This document shows positions 58,262 through 64,000 of a stretch of 64,000 bases of DNA, piece by piece. A model generated the notes under the pieces. That model ran no database searches. It was given only the letters and a program-made list of their open reading frames with translations, and was not told the origin of the DNA. Source of the DNA: an uncultured delta proteobacterium (GTDB lineage: Bacteria > Desulfobacterota > Binatia > Binatales > Binataceae); contig CAWCDG010000003.1 in assembly GCA_963794325.1 (NCBI GenBank), positions 392,792 through 456,791 on the forward strand, in the 5' to 3' direction. Numbering within the stretch: the first letter of the stretch is position 1; each line of letters starts with the position of its first letter. A program made the translations under genes and the position numbers.

Positions 58262-59491
58262 ATGAAATACATCATCATACATGGCGACGGGATGGCTGAT
58301 TGGGCGTGCGATGATCTCGGCGGGAAGACGCCGCTCGAGGCGGCGCATAAGCCCAACATGGACTTACTCGCGACACGAGGGACGCTCGGGATGGTCGCGA
58401 CGATTCCCAAGGGCATGCCGTCGGGCAGTGACGTCGGGACGATGACGATGCTCGGCTACGACCCGGCGCGTTATCACACCGGACGCGCGCCGATTGAGGC
58501 GGCAAGCCAGGGCATCGAGATGGGCCCGCGCGACGTGGTGTTTCGCATGAATCTTGTATCGCTGAAGCCCGGCGATACTGGCGCGATGATCATGAACGAC
58601 TTCACGTCGGGGCATATCACCAGCGAAGAGGCTGCGCGGATCGTCGCGGACCTGCGCAAGGAACTCGCGGGCGACGGTATCGAATTTTTTAACGGCGTCA
58701 GCTACCGACATCTGATGATGTGGCGCGGCGGCGTCGCGACGACGCATCTGACGCCTCCGCACGACATCACCGGCAAGCCCGTCGAGGATCATCTGCCCAA
58801 GGGCGCGGGCGCCGACTTGCTGCGCGACTTGACCCGGCGCTCGGCGGCGATTTTGCGGGAGCATCCGGTGAACAAGGCGCGGCGCGATGCAGGCAAGTCC
58901 GAGGCGTCGTCAGTCTGGTTCTGGGGGCAGGGCACGCGTCCCTCAGTCCCGACATTGAAGGAGCGCTTCGGCGTCGACGGCTCAGTGATCTCCGCCGTCG
59001 ATCTCGTCAACGGACTCGGCCGTCTCGCCGGCCTGAACCTGATCAAGGTGCCCGGCGCGACCGGATTTCTCGATACCGACTACGCCGCGAAGGCGCGTTA
59101 TGGACTCGAATCCCTCAAGGCGCGCGACTTCCTGCTGCTGCACATCGAGGCGCCCGACGAGGCCGGCCACATGGGCCGCGCCGATCTGAAAAAGGAAGCG
59201 GTCGAGCGTATCGACGAGTTGATCATCGGCCCGATGCTCGCGGGCCTTGGCGCCCTCGGTGATTTCGCGATCCTGCTGATGCCCGATCACGCCACGCCGA
59301 GTCAGCTCAAGACCCATTCGCCGGAACCGGTGCCGTTCGCGCTGATGACCTCGGCGCAATTCAAGTCGGGTACTGGCGTGCCGCGTCGATACACAGAAAA
59401 TGACGGCACCGCGACCGGCATACTCGTCGGCGACGGCTATCACCTGATAGAATCGCTGTTCGGCGGTCCCTTGAAGACCACGTCGAACTGA
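58262..59491 (+). CDS. apgM: ApgM-family cofactor-independent phosphoglycerate mutase homolog (proposed homoserine kinase subfamily)
   Basis: GDGMAD, PSGSDV, GRAPIEA, HIEAPDEAGH, PDHATP. Confidence 0.88.
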   Translation: MKYIIIHGDGMADWACDDLGGKTPLEAAHKPNMDLLATRGTLGMVATIPKGMPSGSDVGTMTMLGYDPARYHTGRAPIEAASQGIEMGPRDVVFRMNLVSLKPGDTGAMIMNDFTSGHITSEEAARIVADLRKELAGDGIEFFNGVSYRHLMMWRGGVATTHLTPPHDITGKPVEDHLPKGAGADLLRDLTRRSAAILREHPVNKARRDAGKSEASSVWFWGQGTRPSVPTLKERFGVDGSVISAVDLVNGLGRLAGLNLIKVPGATGFLDTDYAAKARYGLESLKARDFLLLHIEAPDEAGHMGRADLKKEAVERIDELIIGPMLAGLGALGDFAILLMPDHATPSQLKTHSPEPVPFALMTSAQFKSGTGVPRRYTENDGTATGILVGDGYHLIESLFGGPLKTTSN

Positions 59492-59504
59492 CCGGAGGCC
59501 CTGG

Positions 59505-60458
59505 ATGGAGCGGAATCTTGCCCTCGAAGTGGTACGCGCGACGGAAGCCGCGGCGCTGGCGGCGGCGCGTTTCATCGGCAAGGGCGACGAGCGGATGGCG
59601 GATCGAGCAGCGTGCGACGCGATGCGCAAGACGCTGAACTCGGTCGCGATGGACGGCAAAATTGTCATCGGCGAGGGCAAAGAGGGCGACGCCGAGTTTC
59701 TCTACGAGGGCGAAATCGTCGGCACCGGCGCGGGCACCGAAATTGACGTGGCGCTCGACGCGATCGAAGGCCCGATCATCTGCGCGACCGGCGGCCCTAA
59801 CGCGCTGTCATGCGTCGCGCTGGCGGAGCGCGGACGAATCCTGCGATGCCCCGACACCTACATGGACAAAGTCGCATGCGGTCCCGCAGGACGCGGCGTA
59901 ATCGACATCGATCGCTCGCCGACCGACAATCTCAAGGCTCTTGCCGAGGCAAAAAAAGTTTACGTCGAGGATTTACGCGTCGCGATCCTCGATCGCCCGC
60001 GTCATGAAAAGTTGATCAATGAAGTCCGTCGCGCCGGCGCCGGGATCAAGATCATCTCGGCCGGTGACTTGTCGGCGGCGATCGCGACGACGCGTCCCGA
60101 AAGCGAAATCGACATGCTGATCGGAATCGGCGGAGCGCATCAGGGCGTGCTCGCAGGCGCCGCGATTCGTTCCGCCGGCGGCGAGATGCAATGCCGGTTC
60201 GTGCCGCGCAATGGAGAGGAAGCCGAGGCGTGCCTTGCGATGGGCATCATGGATCTCAAGCATCGCTACACGCTCGAGGAGCTGGCGGGCGACAACGTGA
60301 TGTTCGCGGCGACCGGCGTGACCACCGGCGACTATCTGCGCGGTGTGCGATTTTTCTCCGGCGGCGCGACCACCAACAGCGTTGTGATGCGCTCAAAGAC
60401 CCGCACCATCCGCTTCATCGAAGCAATTCATCATTTCGATTTCAAACCCGAGTATTAA
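59505..60458 (+). CDS. glpX: Class II fructose-1,6-bisphosphatase
   Basis: VRATEAAA, VIGEG, LDRPRH, FAATGVT. Confidence 0.9.
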   Translation: MERNLALEVVRATEAAALAAARFIGKGDERMADRAACDAMRKTLNSVAMDGKIVIGEGKEGDAEFLYEGEIVGTGAGTEIDVALDAIEGPIICATGGPNALSCVALAERGRILRCPDTYMDKVACGPAGRGVIDIDRSPTDNLKALAEAKKVYVEDLRVAILDRPRHEKLINEVRRAGAGIKIISAGDLSAAIATTRPESEIDMLIGIGGAHQGVLAGAAIRSAGGEMQCRFVPRNGEEAEACLAMGIMDLKHRYTLEELAGDNVMFAATGVTTGDYLRGVRFFSGGATTNSVVMRSKTRTIRFIEAIHHFDFKPEY

Positions 60459-60545
60459 CCCGAACGGTTGTAGTGTCCTAATTTCAAAATCACTACGACG
60501 GTTCCAAATAGCGCAGCTACCATGAGTCGGAGCTTGTGGGTTTAT

Positions 60546-60666
60546 AGTGGGGCGGGCCGCCGTGCCCGCCCTCTCCTTAAGGTTGCGGTCACACCCAGCG
60601 TCATTTGTCGGTAAGCGTGTGCGCGGCGCCCACGCGTCGAGGGCGGGCACGGCGGCCCGCCCCACT
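60546..60666. repeat. Inverted pair of family C repeats (REPIN-like)
   Basis: 60546-60570 is the exact reverse complement of 60642-60666. Confidence 0.85.
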
Positions 60667-60876
60667 GAAGACGGGACAATACCCGTGCGGTTGTTCCGAT
60701 TGCATTCCCCTGCTCCCGGCCTCGACCCGCGCCATCATCCGACGTCTCATCGCCGATGGCCTCCCCAAGCGCTAAGACAGTTCGCGCTTGGGACGATCTT
60801 GAACGCGAGCGATGATCTGTCGCGCGCGGCTTCCATCGAATATTATAAATCGAATTCAGGGGAAAGGTGGCGGGAT

Positions 60877-61071
60877 ATGTGGCTGCGCGTGACGATGAAG
60901 GACCGGCCGGTGATGATTAACGCAGATCTCGTCGTGAAAATCGTCGAGGGCCCCGCCGTCGTGGAAGGGCGCCGCGGATGCTACGTCTACCTCTCGCTCA
61001 CCGACTACATGGAAGTCGACCAATCGCTGCACGAAATGATGATTTCGCTCGGCTTCGAAGAGCGGACCTAG
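60877..61071 (+). CDS. Small hypothetical protein (FlbD/SwrD-like pattern)
   Basis: PVMINADLVVKI...MEVDQSLHEM. Confidence 0.5.
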   Translation: MWLRVTMKDRPVMINADLVVKIVEGPAVVEGRRGCYVYLSLTDYMEVDQSLHEMMISLGFEERT

Positions 61072-61074
61072 TCC

Positions 61075-61869
61075 TTGCCGGATTTGCAATCGCCGAAAGA
61101 AGGCGACGTCGTCATTCGCCGGCGCGGGCGAAGCGACGGCCTGTTCGCTGCGATGCGGCCCGGCCGCGTGCTCGACATCCCCGCCGGCGGCGCCGTGCAG
61201 ACGCGCGCGCTTTCCGATTTGGGCTATCGCGTCGTCTCGGTAGATCTCTTTGCCGCCGGCGCGCGGGAGTCGGCCGCTGCGTGGATCTGCGCCGACGCCA
61301 ACGACGTGCTGCCGTTTCGCGACGGCGCCTTTGATTATGTGCTCTCGCGCGAGGGGATCGAGCATCTCGAGGATCAGATGGGATTTCTCCGCAATTGCGC
61401 GCGCGTCATCCGGCCCGGCGGAAAAATCGTGCTGACCACGCCCAACCTGATGCATCTGTCGGCGCGCGCGAGCAGCTTTCTGACCGGGCAGCGCAATCTT
61501 CGCCGCGGCCTGGTGAACGAAATTCAGACGCCGCGCAGCCGCAATCCTGGCGGACGCCGGATCTATCATGGCCACGCCTTCATGCTCGACTACTATCGCG
61601 CGCGCTACATGATGCGTCTTGCCGGCTTCGACCATCTCGAAGTTTTCACCGACCGCTGGAGCCCCACCTCAGTGGCGATGTCCCCGCTGGTGCCGATCCT
61701 CTGGCTCGCGATGAAATTCTCAGCCGCCGCTTCCGCCCGCACTGCTCGACGCCGATCAGGTCATCGCCCACCGCGCGACGAGGTCACCCGCGAGATCATC
61801 CGCCATGTCCTGTCGCCGGCTCTGCTCTATGGCAAGCGGATGATCGTGGTCGCCGAGCGGCAGGGGTGA
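61075..61869 (+). CDS. Class I SAM-dependent methyltransferase
   Basis: VLDIPAGGA, LPFRDGAFD, EGIEHL, IRPGG..LTTPN. Confidence 0.85.
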   Translation: MPDLQSPKEGDVVIRRRGRSDGLFAAMRPGRVLDIPAGGAVQTRALSDLGYRVVSVDLFAAGARESAAAWICADANDVLPFRDGAFDYVLSREGIEHLEDQMGFLRNCARVIRPGGKIVLTTPNLMHLSARASSFLTGQRNLRRGLVNEIQTPRSRNPGGRRIYHGHAFMLDYYRARYMMRLAGFDHLEVFTDRWSPTSVAMSPLVPILWLAMKFSAAASARTARRRSGHRPPRDEVTREIIRHVLSPALLYGKRMIVVAERQG

Positions 61870-61956
61870 CCCCTGCACCCAGCGATTTTGGTGTTGCGCT
61901 TTCACCGCTCCGTTGTCGCTGCGTTTGGTTAGGGGTTAGGTTGCTGGCATCCGCAG

Positions 61957-62397
61957 TCACATCATCTGCAAAGCCTGGCAGGTGTGCGATTCCGGTTTGA
62001 ACTGGCCGCTGAGACACGACAGCTTCGCCGCATCGATCAGTGACGGCTCGTCCCATCCTTGTGGCCACGGACCGACATTGACCGCGGCGCACGCCTGTCC
62101 GTTGCCCATCGAGCACCATGTGCTCAGCTCACCGTGTAGCACGGCCATCTGCTGACACGCGTCCTGTTTACCCGCGTTGCATGCGGGCGTCCCTATCTCG
62201 ATCGGCGCGGTCGATTCGATAAGAACCTTGGTGTCGCTCACCTGTTGCACGATCGTATGACACGCGGCCTGATTACCTTCGTTGCATTTCTGAGTCGATT
62301 CGGCGCGGACCTTCTCGACGAATTCCTGCGCCGGAGCAGTGCATCCCAACACAACGATCGCTAGAACGAAAAACGCCAAGCTCAGTTTCGTAAACAC
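61957..62397 (-). CDS. Cys-rich repeat lipoprotein
   Basis: Lipobox VLGC; CxxGxxxAC repeats. Confidence 0.65.
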   Translation of the reverse strand: MFTKLSLAFFVLAIVVLGCTAPAQEFVEKVRAESTQKCNEGNQAACHTIVQQVSDTKVLIESTAPIEIGTPACNAGKQDACQQMAVLHGELSTWCSMGNGQACAAVNVGPWPQGWDEPSLIDAAKLSCLSGQFKPESHTCQALQMM

Positions 62398-62502
62398 CCG
62401 AGCATTGTTTCGCGCGAGATAAGTCACACGCAAGATGATTGAACTACTCATTGTCCGACGCGCGAAAGGAAGGTGCGCCGCAAGTCGCGAACAATTCGAG
62501 CA

Positions 62503-62545
62503 ACCTAACCCCCAACCCCTTCCCATTGTGGGAAGGGGGACCGGA
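62503..62545. repeat. Family A repeat, reverse orientation
   Basis: AACCTAACCCCCAACCCCTTCCCATTGTGGGAAGGGGGACCGG. Confidence 0.82.
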
Positions 62546-62603
62546 GTGTGGGGCGCCTGGCGCGGGGGTTGACACTGAAACCGCTGAGGGCGGAACTAGA
62601 AGC

Positions 62604-63383
62604 GTGGAACTCAAAAATATTATTTTCGATAAAGCCGCGATCTCGACGCTCACCGTTAACCGGCCCACCGCACTCAATGCGTTGAATCGCGAGGTGCTCG
62701 AGGAAATGGCGCGCGTCATTCGCGAGGTCCGCCACGACCCGTCGGTGCGCGTGCTGATCGTCACGGGCGCCGGCGACAAGGCGTTCGTCGCGGGCGCGGA
62801 TATCGCCGCGATGGCGCAAATGTCGGCTCTCGATGGTATCGATTTCTCGCGTCTCGGCCATCGCGTGATGGAAAGTTTTGAGGACCTACCGATTCCGGTC
62901 ATCGCGGCGGTCAACGGCTTCGCCCTCGGCGGCGGCCTCGAGCTGGCGCTCGCCTGCGACCTGATCGTCGCCAGTGAAAAAGCGCGCTTCGGACAGCCCG
63001 AGATAAATCTCGGACTTATTCCCGGATTTGGCGGGACGCAGCGGCTGCCGCATCGGATCGGCCACAACAAGGCGCGCGAGTTGATCATGACCGGCGACAT
63101 GTTCGATGCGAAGACCGCGCTCGAACTTGGCCTCGCCAACCAGGTCGTAGCGCCCGCCGACCTTCTCGACACGACCCGCAAGCTGGCCGAGAAAATCGCG
63201 GCCAAATCGGCCGTCGCGCTGCGTCAAGCGAAGGCCGCGCTGCGAGCGTCGTTCACGATGGAAGAGGATGCCGGCCTGCGCTTCGAGCAGGAGGCTTTCG
63301 GCGTGACTTTCGCCAGCGCAGACCGCGTTGAGGGCACCACAGCCTTCGTCGAGAAACGCCCGCCCAAATGGCAGCACAAATAG
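62604..63383 (+). CDS. Enoyl-CoA hydratase (crotonase)
   Basis: AFVAGADI, ALGGGLELA, GQPEINLGLIPGFGGTQRL. Confidence 0.92.
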   Translation: MELKNIIFDKAAISTLTVNRPTALNALNREVLEEMARVIREVRHDPSVRVLIVTGAGDKAFVAGADIAAMAQMSALDGIDFSRLGHRVMESFEDLPIPVIAAVNGFALGGGLELALACDLIVASEKARFGQPEINLGLIPGFGGTQRLPHRIGHNKARELIMTGDMFDAKTALELGLANQVVAPADLLDTTRKLAEKIAAKSAVALRQAKAALRASFTMEEDAGLRFEQEAFGVTFASADRVEGTTAFVEKRPPKWQHK

Positions 63384-63384
63384 C

Positions 63385-64000
63385 TTGCTGAAAGTTCGCG
63401 AGTACGGCAGCTCTGGACCTCAGGTAGTCGTCATCCACGGCGGCCCAGGCGCATGCGGCTCGATGGCCCCGATCGCGCGCGGAATCGCCGATTTGTTCCG
63501 CGTGATCGAGCCGTTTCAAAGCGCAGTCAGCGCGACGGTCGCCGACCACGTCGCGGATCTGCACGAAGTCGTAAATCTTACGCAGGAGATACCGCTCCGG
63601 CTTTCGTCGGACATTCGTGGGGAGCGATGCTGGCGCTTGCTTACGCGGCGGCGCATCCGAGTTCAGCAGGTCCAATCGTGCTCGTATGCAGTGGCACGTT
63701 CGATTTGGCGGCGCGCGAGCGGCTGATCGAGAACCTTGAGCAGCGGACGGATTCTGAAACTGCGGCGGCGATTCAAACAGGCGCTGACACTGAACAATCC
63801 AAACGAAAGATTTCACGCGCTTGGACAGCTGACCTTGGGGCAATATTCGACGACCTCGCAACAACCGATCAAGAAATCGACGAGTCGGAGCCGGGCACGA
63901 GCAGCGAGACCTGGGACGACATGGTGCACCTGCAGAACGAGGGCGTGTATCCGTCGGCGTTCGCGGCGATCAAATTACCGGTGCTCATGCTGCACGGCGT
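63385..64000 (+). pseudogene. Alpha/beta hydrolase with a frameshift near 63590; runs off the right edge
   Basis: IHGGPG in one frame; VGHSWGAMLA...PVLMLHG in another. Confidence 0.7.

Overview
GC-rich diderm bacterial chromosome segment. Gene order and repeat style suggest a deltaproteobacteria-like lineage such as Candidatus Binatota (inference only). Housekeeping blocks are rpmE-prfA-prmC-murA-hisD-hisB-hisA, sppA, dacA, gshA-gspC, glpK, lptB, suhB, alaC-hom-thrC-apgM-glpX and an enoyl-CoA hydratase. Accessory content includes a DapA-family aldolase plus PfkB-kinase/SIS-isomerase fusion operon at the left edge (candidate Kdo/D-arabinose pathway), two near-identical tandem Flp pilins, three toxin-antitoxin pairs, and a decaying defence islet (GNAT TA, AbiV-like, FRG fragment, nonsense-disrupted Yip1) at the 3' end of tRNA-Arg(CCG). 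There is also a direct-repeat-bounded sugar-uptake cassette with a frameshifted OprB porin, a parS-type palindrome, an unannotated structured RNA candidate with an anti-Shine-Dalgarno loop, and at least four families of short palindromic intergenic repeats. All product calls come from motif recognition by eye, with no database search. Several start codons are my own re-picks from the ORF track.
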